Shown: positions 1-9,528, numbered from the stretch's first letter. The stretch is DNA of 28,079 nt from Calditrichia bacterium (GCA_026983775.1 JALSTK010000174.1:1-28079); one strand, 5' to 3'. The notes: generated by a model not told the origin, from the letters alone. Made by a program: numbers and translations.

Positions 1-669
1 GCCGGTCTCTGCGGCATGTAAAGCGTTGGTAATTGTTTCCAGATCACGCATTTCCCCCACCAGAATGACATCGGGGTCTTCCCGAAGACAACTGCGCAGA
101 GCGGCCGCAAAACTATGGGTATGGCTGCCAACCTCTCTCTGATGGATTAAGCTCTGTTTTGGCTCATGCAGGTATTCGATGGGGTCTTCAATGGTAATAA
201 TATGGGCCCGGCGCGATATATTAATTTCATGGATCATAGCGGCCAGTGTAGTTGATTTTCCCGAACCCGTCGGCCCTGTGAGTAAGATCAGTCCTTTTTT
301 ATGCTGAACAAATTTTTTCAAGACATCCGGCATTCGCAACTCCTCGAGAGTTCGGATATGATGCGGAATCAGACGATAAGCGGCACTGAGGCCATGTACC
401 TGTTTATAAATATTCACCCTGAATCGGGATACACCGGGCAGATTCCAGGAATAGTCGATTTCCTCTTCGCCATTGAGCATACCCCGTTGTTTCTCCGTGA
501 GCTGCGGTGTTAGAAATTCAACTAACTGTTTCTCGGTAATGGGTGGCGCATCAAGCCTTTTTAGTTCACCAAGGATACGCAGAATGGGTGGCATACCCGT
601 ACTGAAGTGCACGTCCGATGCATTCTGTTTAAAGGCAAAACGCAGAGTATCTTCTAATAAATTACCCAT
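1..669 (-). CDS. pilT: Type IV pilus retraction ATPase PilT, partial: N-terminus at 669, C-terminus beyond window start
   Basis: Minus-strand translation from the ATG at 669-667 reads MGNLLEDTLRFAFKQNASDVHFSTGMPPILRILGEL...GPTGSGKSTTLAAMIHEINI...IEDPIEY...REDPDVILVGEMRDLETI. This shows the Walker A box and the Asp/His boxes of the PilT/PilU family. The gene has no stop inside the window. Its start lies 2 nt after the pilQ stop. Confidence 0.85.
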   Translation of the reverse strand, partial: MGNLLEDTLRFAFKQNASDVHFSTGMPPILRILGELKRLDAPPITEKQLVEFLTPQLTEKQRGMLNGEEEIDYSWNLPGVSRFRVNIYKQVHGLSAAYRLIPHHIRTLEELRMPDVLKKFVQHKKGLILLTGPTGSGKSTTLAAMIHEINISRRAHIITIEDPIEYLHEPKQSLIHQREVGSHTHSFAAALRSCLREDPDVILVGEMRDLETITNALHAAETG

Positions 670-671
670 TT

Positions 672-1985
672 TTATTTAATCCCGTTTGCTTTTGCCGCAT
701 TGAATATTTTGGTAGTAATGAAGATAAGCAAATCGCTCTTTTCTTTTTTGATATTCGTATGGCGGAATAAATAGCCGAGAAGAGGAATATCACCCAGCAA
801 CCATACTTTGCTTATATTTTCCGTTTTATTCTCTTTAATTAATCCGCCGATAACCAGTGTTTCCCCGTCTTTAAGGATTACGGTAGTTTTCACTTCGCGC
901 CGTGAAGTAATAGGCTGAGGAGCTTCGCCGGAGCCGGTATAGCCGATTATTTCTTCCAGAATCGGGTGAACCTGCAGAGTAATATCTCCATTATCTCCGA
1001 TATGGGGAATGACTTCCAGGGTCATATTGACATCTTTTTCTTTATAGGACAACAGGTCTCCGGATATTCCTCTGGAAATCTCAGGAACGGGAATAGTGGT
1101 TCCCATTTTGATAATCGCTTGTTTATTGTCCATGGCCGTAATACTTGGTTTGGCCAGTAAATGGGAATTGGCATCTTCTGCCAACAGATCGAGCGTGGCT
1201 CTCAGTTTAGAGAACGTCAAAACGCCCAAATTCAAATTTTGAATATTATTAGGCAATTCATACCAGGCCGATAGTAAAGAGGAACCACCCGAGCCCTGCG
1301 AATTGGTTTTGCTGATAGGAGCCGATGTTTCTGCTCCTGTGGTTTGGACCGTGACGCTTTTAGGCAGGTCCAGACCGACCCGTTTACTATTTCCCATTAC
1401 TTTTTCAATTAAACGTACTTCAATCTGGAGCTGTTTGGCAGGTCGATCCATTGTGGCGATTACTTTTGCCACTTTATTTACATTTTCCCAAAAATCATTA
1501 ACTACAATAAATTCAGCCCGATTAAATTTATCATCCTTTTCCGGTTCCGAGAGCAGAGGTTCGATCTTACCTTTTTTTGAGAGTAATGGCTCGATGGACT
1601 TTTTTATGTGAAAGCCGTCCACATATTTCAGATGAAAGACTCTCGAGACCAATTCGCCGTTCATATCTTTTCCATAGGGTTTCACGATTAATAAATTATC
1701 ACCTTTCACATAATGGAAACCCTGACTCTTCAGAATAGCATCCAACGCCTCCCCCAAAGGGATATCGTTCAGATTGGTAGTAACCAGGCCTTTTGCCGGA
1801 CCACTGTAAATAATATTCAGATTATACTGCTGAGCAAGGACACGAACCACCCGCTCCAACGGGGTTTTTACAAAACTGGTCGATATTTTCTGGGAAAGCA
1901 CGTCCTGTTGATTTTGTGCCCATAGAGCGGAAAATAACAGTAATAGCATATTCATCGTTAAGAAGATGGATCTCTTTCGCATCAA
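672..1985 (-). CDS. pilQ: Type IV pilus secretin PilQ
   Basis: 437-aa ORF with a signal-peptide-like N-terminus and a C-terminal secretin domain (GETLVIGGLI, LGDIPLLGYLF, DLLIFITTKI). Its position at the end of a pilMNOP-Q series supports the call. Confidence 0.85.
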   Translation of the reverse strand: MMRKRSIFLTMNMLLLLFSALWAQNQQDVLSQKISTSFVKTPLERVVRVLAQQYNLNIIYSGPAKGLVTTNLNDIPLGEALDAILKSQGFHYVKGDNLLIVKPYGKDMNGELVSRVFHLKYVDGFHIKKSIEPLLSKKGKIEPLLSEPEKDDKFNRAEFIVVNDFWENVNKVAKVIATMDRPAKQLQIEVRLIEKVMGNSKRVGLDLPKSVTVQTTGAETSAPISKTNSQGSGGSSLLSAWYELPNNIQNLNLGVLTFSKLRATLDLLAEDANSHLLAKPSITAMDNKQAIIKMGTTIPVPEISRGISGDLLSYKEKDVNMTLEVIPHIGDNGDITLQVHPILEEIIGYTGSGEAPQPITSRREVKTTVILKDGETLVIGGLIKENKTENISKVWLLGDIPLLGYLFRHTNIKKEKSDLLIFITTKIFNAAKANGIK

Positions 1986-1992
1986 AATCTCC

Positions 1993-2457
1993 TCAATATG
2001 TCTTTAATTGCAAAGTTATTCTTTTTCTCCCGTTAGAAAGATAGACTTTATTGCCGCCAATTCTCAGCACCTGATAACCGGAAATAATATCCCCTTCCTT
2101 GACGATTTTATCGTTAATTAAAGCGATCGAATTATTCCCTTTTCTACTGATTGCCAGGAGGTGCAGACGTAAGGTTCTATGCTTTACGCGGCCTTTTCTT
2201 TTTCTTACTATTTTTTGTTCTTTTAGATAAAAGGGATCCCGGCCCCAATTTGCCAGATAATCAACATTTTCCCCTCGGGCATTCTTAGTGGAGGAGGCCG
2301 TTTTTTTATTGGATTTACTCTTTGCCACCCTGGTTTTACTGTGACCGGAATATACCTGCTTGTATTTATCCAGATTTGTACTAATATCAAAAATCCCGTA
2401 GGCCACGACAATTCCAAGTACAATGAGCAGACGTTTTTGACTTTTTGTTACCTGCAT
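1993..2457 (-). CDS. PilP-like pilus assembly protein (positional call), with N-terminal TM helix
   Basis: 154-aa ORF lying between pilO and pilQ. It has an N-terminal hydrophobic segment (LLIVLGIVVAYGIF) and a C-terminal beta-rich region. The call rests on gene order, not on a recognised motif. Confidence 0.4.
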   Translation of the reverse strand: MQVTKSQKRLLIVLGIVVAYGIFDISTNLDKYKQVYSGHSKTRVAKSKSNKKTASSTKNARGENVDYLANWGRDPFYLKEQKIVRKRKGRVKHRTLRLHLLAISRKGNNSIALINDKIVKEGDIISGYQVLRIGGNKVYLSNGRKRITLQLKTY

Positions 2458-2460
2458 CTT

Positions 2461-3003
2461 CTATTCGTTCCATGTGTATAGTGAAGCATTGATTTGGGCA
2501 CTTAAAGTATTGGATTGCTTTTCCGTTCGCTCCAGCGTTACTTCTTCAGCGACCAGGTAAAAAGGCAGCTTCGGCCAATTTTCGAGAAAACGGCCGATAC
2601 GCAAATAGCTCCCCTCAACAGTGATGCTGATGGGAAGCGTGCTGATCTTTTTTTCCTTCGTGTCGGAAAAATATTCATCAAAGGCCGGAGCAAAATCCAT
2701 CAATTCAAGATGGTACTTTTTCGAAAAAACCTTAAGTGTATCGGTAACCTCTGTTAAATCATTTCTACTTATAAAACGGGTTTTTACATGTTCCAGTTTA
2801 CGTTTTTCCGCTTCAAATTTTTTCTCCATGATCTTCATATTCATCTGGGCCATCCGCGCTTTTCTAACCTTGCCCGATAACACCTCCAACTGCCGATTAA
2901 GACTCTGCAATTCATTCTGCTGCGAGCGATCCACAATAGTATACCACAATAAAAATCCTACACCGAGAAGAATGCTTAAAAGTATAAACAACCGCTTTTC
3001 CAT
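2461..3003 (-). CDS. pilO: Type IV pilus assembly protein PilO
   Basis: 180-aa ORF with an N-terminal TM helix (LFILLSILLGVGFLLW), a coiled-coil segment and a C-terminal globular domain. It lies directly downstream of pilMN with a 10-nt gap. Confidence 0.6.
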   Translation of the reverse strand: MEKRLFILLSILLGVGFLLWYTIVDRSQQNELQSLNRQLEVLSGKVRKARMAQMNMKIMEKKFEAEKRKLEHVKTRFISRNDLTEVTDTLKVFSKKYHLELMDFAPAFDEYFSDTKEKKISTLPISITVEGSYLRIGRFLENWPKLPFYLVAEEVTLERTEKQSNTLSAQINASLYTWNE

Positions 3004-3013
3004 TTACCCATCC

Positions 3014-4981
3014 TTATAAATATAAACGCAGACCGAATTTCGTAATAGACAATTCAGGGTCTTTCAGTTTATTCAACAGTTCCATGTGCTTAAAATACTT
3101 CAAATCTTTAAGGTGATTGATATAGTTTATCAGGGTAACATCGCCCATTAGAGGATCGATCTGAATAAAGCCTTCTATATCTATCTGATAGGTATAGTCG
3201 TTGTGGAACGAACTACCTTTTGTGTTTTGTGTATTTGCTGTTAGCTTGATAAACTGGATTTTATTCAGGTGAATATTTCTCGGAGTTTCATTACTGAATA
3301 GTCGTAAGACCTGAATAATATAGGGCTTACTCTTAACATATCCTTTTAATTCCTGATTCTTTTTATTGATAACTGCAATTTGTTGCAAAACTTCTTTATA
3401 TTTTTTCTCGATAGGATTCAGATTTGAGTACTCCGTCCTATATTTCTCTGCCAGACTTTGTTTATCAAGGATAATGGCTTTTTGGCGTACCGAAAGATAA
3501 CCTAAGCCGAAAAACAGGACAATGATGATAGTAATCAGCAGATAATTCAGTTTACGCAAAACAAAACGGGATTTGTAAGAGGCAGGTAATAAATTGAATA
3601 CCGGACGCTCTTGTAAGACAGTGCCGATGGTAGAAAAGAAACCGGAATATTCAATGGTACGTTTATCCAAATCCACAAATTGCGGAGTTAAAACAAACAT
3701 AGGCATGGAAAGACGTCCCTTCAGATAGGGCAAAAGGCTTTCCTTTCGGATCCCATAACCGGTTATGAAGATACGTTCGATATATTGCTGGACATTTCTA
3801 CCCTGGATATAGGCCAGGGAACGCAGTATTTCCGAGAAAAATGTGTGCAGCACCGGATTTTGTTTGCTCTTCAAATCCTTTATTTTATCCAGCAAGCGGC
3901 TTCTCAGCTGTGAAGGCTTCTCCACGCGATCATTACTCTCTTTTTCCCCTTCCCCTTTACTATCCATTTTCAAGGCCTGATCACGAATCGTTACCTCCAG
4001 ATTACGGGACCCGATACTGACATTACGGATCATCTCCAACTCGCCATTTTTCAGGTAACACATCTGGGTAAGATCGTAAGCGATATCGATTAATAAATCA
4101 CGATCCGGACGAAAAACCATACGCCGGTAAGTTCCTTGCAAAGCGGCCGGTCTTGGGATCAAAGTTTTCAGTTCTAATTTGGCGTTATTAAAAATATTGA
4201 CATAATAGGAAATAACTTCTTCGGGAACCGCTACAATCATAAGCCGGTACTTTTCAATACCCTCACTGCTGAGTTCATCTAATATTTCATAATTCCAAAC
4301 AGACTTTTCATCAAAATTCTTTAAATCATCGATATTCTTATTGTAGATAGCCTGTTTTAGATCGGCCGTCTTATTCATTTTAGGAAATATAACCTGACGA
4401 ATCGATATCTCGGGACTGAAAATACTGGCCGTTACATCCATCCCTCTTTTGTAGACTTTTGATTTAACATTTTCCAGGGCAATCTGTAAAGCCTTGCGCC
4501 GATCCCGCTCTTCGGATGGAAATTTTTGTATACCCCATTTTATAACCTGAATATCTTCTCCGGCTTTTCTGACCACCACGTATCGAATTTTATCCGGATC
4601 CAGGTCCAACGCCAAATGCCATCTGGAATTAAGACGTTTAAAAAACGGTAGTTTCTCATAGAATCGATCGTAGAGGTAGATCCGTTGTTTCTGAACAGGC
4701 TTTACCTTCATTGGAGGTGCCGTCCGGTTACCGGAGGACGACGGTCTGACAGGTTTCTTCCCGGGCGGCGCCGATTTTGGATGCTTTTTAGCGGCTGTTG
4801 GTATAGTTGCTTTATTCGAAGAAGATGCTGCTTTTTTCACTCCTGCAGTCTTCTTCTGCTTCGCTGCCCGATCCGTAGGGATCACTTTATTTTGCGGTTT
4901 TTTCGGCTTTGGGATATTTTTATTTTCCTTGTCCATGTTCATGGGAATATTCGTATGCTTTAATGTTTGGTAATTTTCCAT
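3014..4981 (-). CDS. pilM: PilM-PilN fusion protein with a K/P/A-rich N-terminal extension
   Basis: 655 aa. The first ~100 residues are low-complexity (KKPQNKVIPTDRAAKQKKTAGVKKAASS...). The next region is an actin-like PilM fold (LALDLDPDKIRYVVV, IDIAYDLTQMCYLKNGELEMIRNVSIGSRNL, ITGYGIRKESLLPYL). After that comes the PilN hallmark FNLLPASYKSR, a TM helix (LLITIIIVLFFGLGYL), a coiled coil and a periplasmic domain. The start is ATG at 4981, with alternative ATGs at 4942 and 4936. Confidence 0.8.
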   Translation of the reverse strand: MENYQTLKHTNIPMNMDKENKNIPKPKKPQNKVIPTDRAAKQKKTAGVKKAASSSNKATIPTAAKKHPKSAPPGKKPVRPSSSGNRTAPPMKVKPVQKQRIYLYDRFYEKLPFFKRLNSRWHLALDLDPDKIRYVVVRKAGEDIQVIKWGIQKFPSEERDRRKALQIALENVKSKVYKRGMDVTASIFSPEISIRQVIFPKMNKTADLKQAIYNKNIDDLKNFDEKSVWNYEILDELSSEGIEKYRLMIVAVPEEVISYYVNIFNNAKLELKTLIPRPAALQGTYRRMVFRPDRDLLIDIAYDLTQMCYLKNGELEMIRNVSIGSRNLEVTIRDQALKMDSKGEGEKESNDRVEKPSQLRSRLLDKIKDLKSKQNPVLHTFFSEILRSLAYIQGRNVQQYIERIFITGYGIRKESLLPYLKGRLSMPMFVLTPQFVDLDKRTIEYSGFFSTIGTVLQERPVFNLLPASYKSRFVLRKLNYLLITIIIVLFFGLGYLSVRQKAIILDKQSLAEKYRTEYSNLNPIEKKYKEVLQQIAVINKKNQELKGYVKSKPYIIQVLRLFSNETPRNIHLNKIQFIKLTANTQNTKGSSFHNDYTYQIDIEGFIQIDPLMGDVTLINYINHLKDLKYFKHMELLNKLKDPELSITKFGLRLYL

Positions 4982-5892
4982 CTACTTTTGTTCACTACAA
5001 TCGGTCCACCGTTAAGAGATTTTTTTAAAAACCGATTCATTATATTTCTATTATGGCGGACTGCAAATCTATACAGCCACCACGGTACGGTCGTACCTTT
5101 CACATTTCCATTGACAATAAGGCCACCATCCAGTTCTCTCCACAGAGGTTGTACTTCGCTAAGAAAGTAAGAACCGCTGTGTGGCATAAAGATATTGCCC
5201 AGCGTGGCTGCCAGTAATTGTTTACTTTTTTTGATCGTCGTTCGATTACCGATTACAAAATTTCCCGAATTCAGCCAGGCAGATTCGCCGAAAGTCAAAT
5301 TATTTTCCACAAAGGAGATGTGTTTCGTGAAAAAATATTTCGTGTTAATAATAAGATCTCCCGGATAATACTGTGTCGGCTTTGCCATATCTCGTAACTC
5401 ATCTTCGTCAAATTTCGGCATATGTTTAGCGTGACTTTTAATTAGACCGGAAGGTATAGTTTTAACAAATTGAACGGAGCCGGAAGCATAAACCGCGAAT
5501 TTGGAAACATCGGTGTAGTTCAAGGATTTTACCACGGTTTTTGCATAATGTTGGCTTATACCAATCGACTCTATTGCCAGGCTATCGGTTCCAAAAGTAT
5601 AAATGGTAATCCGGGCTCTGGAGCCGGAACCGGTGTCTAATATTTCCCGATAGCCGTTGAGGAACGAAAGGCTGTTATGGAGGGGAGCTTGTTCAAAGAT
5701 GCCGCGCAAGGCGTATTCTATCCCGGATTGAGCAGCATAGAAGGCTCTGGGTTCATCCATATTGATGGTTTGCATCCTGGAATCGGCAATGATTAATACA
5801 ACCAGAGTAATGGCCATAAGCCCCAAAAACAACAAAAATATCAGTGAATTGAGCAAGGCAAACCCTTGCTCACTTTTGATATTCTTCATCAT
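4960..5892 (-). CDS. PilX-like minor pilin, paralog 2
   Basis: The ORF track start at 6030 would overlap the upstream paralog. An internal ATG at 5892 gives MMKNIKSEQGFALLNSLIFLLFLGLMAITLVVLIIADSRMQTINMDEPRAFYAAQSGIEY, a PilX-N-like pseudopilin N-terminus. The protein is homologous along its whole length to the ORF at 5993-6949. Confidence 0.6.
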   Translation of the reverse strand: MMKNIKSEQGFALLNSLIFLLFLGLMAITLVVLIIADSRMQTINMDEPRAFYAAQSGIEYALRGIFEQAPLHNSLSFLNGYREILDTGSGSRARITIYTFGTDSLAIESIGISQHYAKTVVKSLNYTDVSKFAVYASGSVQFVKTIPSGLIKSHAKHMPKFDEDELRDMAKPTQYYPGDLIINTKYFFTKHISFVENNLTFGESAWLNSGNFVIGNRTTIKKSKQLLAATLGNIFMPHSGSYFLSEVQPLWRELDGGLIVNGNVKGTTVPWWLYRFAVRHNRNIMNRFLKKSLNGGPIVVNKSRWKITKH

Positions 5893-5992
5893 TCGCCTTT
5901 TATTAAAGATGAGACGATATAACGTTATACGCCCAGTCCCCTTATCCAAAACCGGATTTCCCCATTTCCGGGTAAGTTCGCTGGTTATCCAC

Positions 5993-6949
5993 TTAATGAG
6001 ATATCTTCCAATTGCTCGAATTGACGACAATCGGACCGCCGTTAAGAGAATAGTTCAACAGATAATTATTCATCCGATTGCGGTTATAGATAACCTGCAG
6101 CGAATTCCAGCTAAACCATAAAAAATGTCCCCGCACTGCACTTATATCGCCGTTTACAATCAGGCCACCGTTCAAGAAACGTAAAAAGGGCTGTTTTTCG
6201 CTATGGAAATCGGCCCCGCTGAAGGGCATGAATATATTGCCGCCGGTCCAACCTAAGAGTGCCGAACTCTGCTTAATCAACGTATTCTTACCGACTACGA
6301 AATTCCCTGTGTTAAGCCAGGCAAACTTCGAAAAGGTCAGGTCATCTTCAACAAAGGTGATATTGTTTGAGAAAGTAAAGGATGAAAGAGTCAAACTATG
6401 CGGATAATATTGGGTTGGTTTGGCCATATCGCGTAGTTGATCATAGTCAAAAAAGGGCATGGTGGTAGCATGCTGTTTAATCTTTCCGCCGGGGAGAGTG
6501 GACACATGGGAAACCGTTCCTGTCGTATAAATGGCATATTTCGATACATCGGTCACGTTAATCGTTTTTACAACGGCTCTTAGCACATTATTACTCTTAC
6601 CAGTGGCCTTTATCTGTAAATTATCCGTACCATTGGATGAAGAACTCACCAGAATTTTGATAGTGCATGAGGTGCCATTTCCTGTATTCAGGGTTTCCGT
6701 GTAGTTATTCAAAAAGCCCAACGTGCTATGAGAAGCAGCCTGCTCGAAGATACCTCTTAGAGTATATTCCACTCCCGATTGCGCGGCATAGAAAGCACGC
6801 GGTTCGTCCATGTTTAAGGTTTGCATGCGTATATCCGCTACTACCAGAGTGACTAAGGTGATACCCATCAATCCCAGAAACATTAAAAAAATGAGCGTAT
6901 TAATCAGGGTAAATCCCTTTTCTTCCTTGAATTTTTTAATTGCGCACAT
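5993..6949 (-). CDS. PilX-like minor pilin, paralog 1
   Basis: N-terminus MCAIKKFKEEKGFTLINTLIFLMFLGLMGITLVTLVVADIRMQTLNMDEPRAFYAAQSGVEY carries a prepilin-like GFTLI motif and a hydrophobic helix, matching a PilX N-terminal domain. Its many conserved blocks with the 4960-5892 protein (MDEPRAFYAAQSG, RDMAKPTQYYP, FVIG, LNGGPIVVN) mark the two as tandem paralogs. Confidence 0.6.
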   Translation of the reverse strand: MCAIKKFKEEKGFTLINTLIFLMFLGLMGITLVTLVVADIRMQTLNMDEPRAFYAAQSGVEYTLRGIFEQAASHSTLGFLNNYTETLNTGNGTSCTIKILVSSSSNGTDNLQIKATGKSNNVLRAVVKTINVTDVSKYAIYTTGTVSHVSTLPGGKIKQHATTMPFFDYDQLRDMAKPTQYYPHSLTLSSFTFSNNITFVEDDLTFSKFAWLNTGNFVVGKNTLIKQSSALLGWTGGNIFMPFSGADFHSEKQPFLRFLNGGLIVNGDISAVRGHFLWFSWNSLQVIYNRNRMNNYLLNYSLNGGPIVVNSSNWKISH

Positions 6950-7448
6950 AGATTTTTTCCGTTAATGTGGTTGTTCTTCCGTTTGTTGTGGTAACCAGAT
7001 GGATTACTATATATACCAAATCGTTTTTATTATTTGTAGTATTTTGGTTTTGATCTTCGTAAGCAAAAGGATCAGAGGTTACATGAGACAATATGGTACT
7101 CCAGCTACCCGAATCTACTTTCCGTTGTAAATTACCCGAATTCACATTATAGCGATACACATGCCCGTCTCCGCCGGTAAATTCAATCTGGTCTGCAGCC
7201 AATGATCCGCTGATATATTGGGGATCGATCATTTTTAAGTCGTTTTTGACAATACGCATTGCCGTGCGAAGGTCCCAACGGGCAACGGTATTTTGTTGTA
7301 CGGTACTGAAAGTACGAGCGTTTAAGGCGACAATCCCATAGCCAAAAAGAGAAAGAATTCCCAGAATGATAATAGTCACAACAACTTCGATAATTGTAAA
7401 GCCATCCTCATTCGAGATGTATTTCCGTTTTAATTTGAGTATTCTCAT
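6936..7448 (-). CDS. Minor type IV pilin (PilV/PilW/FimT-like)
   Basis: N-terminus DGFTIIEVVVTIIILGILSLFG has the prepilin cleavage motif G|FT(I/L)IE followed by a hydrophobic helix. 170 aa. Confidence 0.6.
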   Translation of the reverse strand: MRILKLKRKYISNEDGFTIIEVVVTIIILGILSLFGYGIVALNARTFSTVQQNTVARWDLRTAMRIVKNDLKMIDPQYISGSLAADQIEFTGGDGHVYRYNVNSGNLQRKVDSGSWSTILSHVTSDPFAYEDQNQNTTNNKNDLVYIVIHLVTTTNGRTTTLTEKIYVRN

Positions 7449-7876
7449 TTCGGCGCATAATATTTAGTGAAACGGGTTGTAAGCTTATAACCATTCGGGA
7501 ATTGGGGATGCGTAACTAATACGGTTACTTCCCAGGCATTAACCAAAGCGCCACCCCAATTAGTGATTTGCTGCACTGTAACGGTACGGTGATAATTATT
7601 AGCCAAATTTTCGCTTACTGCAAATTGCTGGGGATTTTTATACCAATCCCAATGGGTTTCCTTATATCCCACAATTTCTTCCATCTTGTCCTGGCTATAA
7701 GCCACTAATTTTTCGATAACTCTGCTTTGGACAGCCTTGGTGGATACACTACCATACACAGATATCAATACGGGTAGTGCGACTCCCAAAATAATTATTG
7801 AAACGACGATTTCTATCAGACTAAGTCCTTTTTCAGATAGAATCCTGTTTTTTAAGGTGTTCCATTCCATGATCAA
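7445..7876 (-). CDS. Minor type IV pilin
   Basis: N-terminus KGLSLIEIVVSIIILGVALPVLI is a prepilin motif plus helix. 143 aa, overlapping the next gene by 4 nt. Confidence 0.6.
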   Translation of the reverse strand: MIMEWNTLKNRILSEKGLSLIEIVVSIIILGVALPVLISVYGSVSTKAVQSRVIEKLVAYSQDKMEEIVGYKETHWDWYKNPQQFAVSENLANNYHRTVTVQQITNWGGALVNAWEVTVLVTHPQFPNGYKLTTRFTKYYAPK

Positions 7877-7892
7877 ATCTCTCTTATGAAAG

Positions 7893-7913
7893 AGCCCGGC
7901 AAAAAACCGGGCT
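7893..7913 (-). terminator. Intrinsic terminator/attenuator hairpin downstream of pilA
   Basis: Perfect 7-bp stem agcccgg/ccgggct with a 7-nt loop lies between the pilA stop (7930) and the next gene start (7876). On the minus strand it is followed by cuuuca. This arrangement is typical of partial termination after a major pilin gene. Confidence 0.4.
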
Positions 7914-7929
7914 CAGTGTAACATCTTGG

Positions 7930-8274
7930 TCATTGTACGGATAAGTTTCCGTTGGCATCCACGCTAACAGTAAAATCCGATCCATCCGATTTTTTCGGGG
8001 TCGTACCATCGGAGAAAAAAGCATTCGAATCTGTATTATACTGGCTAACAGCCTGTGTCAGAGTATAAGTCGGATCGGCGGCTACCTGTTGGGCAAAATA
8101 CATCATAACCGCAGATTCAATCGCTTTTTGATTGGCCTGATCCGCAGCGGATTTGGCACTGGTGGTTAAATCCAGATATTTGGGAACCGCAATGGCTGCC
8201 AAAATCCCCAGGATTACTATAACTACGACCAGTTCAATCAAGGTAAAACCTTTCTCATTCTTAGTGAATCGCAT
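7930..8274 (-). CDS. pilA: Major type IV pilin PilA
   Basis: ATG at 8274 is preceded by GGAGGA and gives MRFTKNEKGFTLIELVVVIVILGILAAIAVPKY, a canonical type IVa prepilin leader with the G|FTLIE motif. The mature protein is ~108 aa. The ORF-track start at 8334 is an upstream in-frame extension with no SD. Confidence 0.8.
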   Translation of the reverse strand: MRFTKNEKGFTLIELVVVIVILGILAAIAVPKYLDLTTSAKSAADQANQKAIESAVMMYFAQQVAADPTYTLTQAVSQYNTDSNAFFSDGTTPKKSDGSDFTVSVDANGNLSVQ

Positions 8275-8309
8275 ATCGATTCCTCCTCGTTTTGTTTGGT
8301 TTGGTTGTG

Positions 8310-9509
8310 TTACATTATATTCATCATATCCCACATGGGTAAAAACATTGCTAATGCCAAGAGCAGAACCATGCCGCCGAGAACTACAGTGACAATCGGT
8401 TCGATTAAAGCGGTCAGATTATTGACCGTATCAGCCACCTCTCTGTTATAATACTCCGAAACGCTAAAAAGCATATCATCCAGACTACCCGATTTTTCCC
8501 CAATCGAGACCATCTCTACCAATAATGAGGTGAAGTGCGGGCTTTGTCCGATGGCCACGGCGATTTCTTCACCTTTATTTATTTTGTCGGCAATTAATTT
8601 TAATTCTTTATTGTAAACTTCGTTTTCCATCGTTTTTCGCATTATTTCGAACGCTTTTGTGATAGAAATCCCAGTTCTGTTCATGGTAAAAAAGAGACGG
8701 CTAAACCGGGCAATGTTCACTTTTTGAACAAATTCCCCTATAATCGGTAGTTTTAAGGTCAAAGAATCTATATTAAACTTGCCTTTTGGTGTACGTTTAT
8801 ACATGATAAAGGCGATTGTCAAAAGAATGATACCCAATAAAATCAAAATACCGTAGTTGGCAATTACATCATGCATATTGATCAGAATCCGTGTAGGTAA
8901 GGGAAGTTCGTGTCCCGTATTCTTAAACAGCGGGATAAAATTAGGTATAACCGTTGTTGTGAAAACAATAAAGGCCCCAATTAAACCTATCATAACAAAT
9001 ATGGGATAACGAAAGGCCTTTTTTACATCTTTCCGCATTTGCGTATCTTCTTCCAGATATTTATGCAGATAAAGCAATGTCTCTTCCAGAGTACCGCTGA
9101 TTTCACCAATCATAACCGAATTAATGTATATGGTCGGAAATATTTTAGGAAACTGGGACAAAGCATCCGAAAGTTTGCTGCCCCCGGCAATGTCTTCGGT
9201 AATCGCTTCGATGACCTCTTTAAAGCCATCGTCCGTCGCTTGTTCTTTCAAAGCTTTAAGACTGGCCACGATCGGGACGCCGGCTTTTAATAATGTATAA
9301 AGCTGCTTGGTAAAATGTAAAACAATGGCATCTTTTACCCGCAATTTCATGGTATTTGTTTTTTTACCGGACTTGACCTCCTGGATACTGACCACCACCA
9401 TCTTCATTTCCGTCAGTTGACGGCGCACATCATTTTTATCCGGGGCCATCAGCATACTTTCTATAGTTTGCCCATCGGAATTTACTGCTTTGTATTTAAA
9501 ATTAGGCAT
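8310..9509 (-). CDS. pilC: Type IV pilus platform protein PilC (GspF family)
   Basis: 399 aa with two repeated GspF-type domains and three TM segments. It sits in the conserved position between pilD and pilA. Confidence 0.85.
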   Translation of the reverse strand: MPNFKYKAVNSDGQTIESMLMAPDKNDVRRQLTEMKMVVVSIQEVKSGKKTNTMKLRVKDAIVLHFTKQLYTLLKAGVPIVASLKALKEQATDDGFKEVIEAITEDIAGGSKLSDALSQFPKIFPTIYINSVMIGEISGTLEETLLYLHKYLEEDTQMRKDVKKAFRYPIFVMIGLIGAFIVFTTTVIPNFIPLFKNTGHELPLPTRILINMHDVIANYGILILLGIILLTIAFIMYKRTPKGKFNIDSLTLKLPIIGEFVQKVNIARFSRLFFTMNRTGISITKAFEIMRKTMENEVYNKELKLIADKINKGEEIAVAIGQSPHFTSLLVEMVSIGEKSGSLDDMLFSVSEYYNREVADTVNNLTALIEPIVTVVLGGMVLLLALAMFLPMWDMMNIM

Positions 9510-9528
9510 GGTTCCCTTTTCACGCTGC

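Noticed and set aside
301-1611. Plus-strand ORFs (for example 301-513, 473-679, 966-1160, 1303-1611) antisense to pilT/pilQ
   Set aside because: They are fully embedded antisense to well-supported minus-strand genes and have no recognisable motifs. They are typical shadow ORFs. The same applies to 2515-3019, 4685-5170, 5762-6121, 8153-8392, 9039-9290, 9565-9949, 12292-12510, 13466-14148, 14828-16142, 17286-17633, 23350-23807 and 25542-25955.
2223-2423. Minus-strand 66-aa ORF nested in the PilP-like gene
   Set aside because: It is an alternative frame inside a longer ORF with no independent support.
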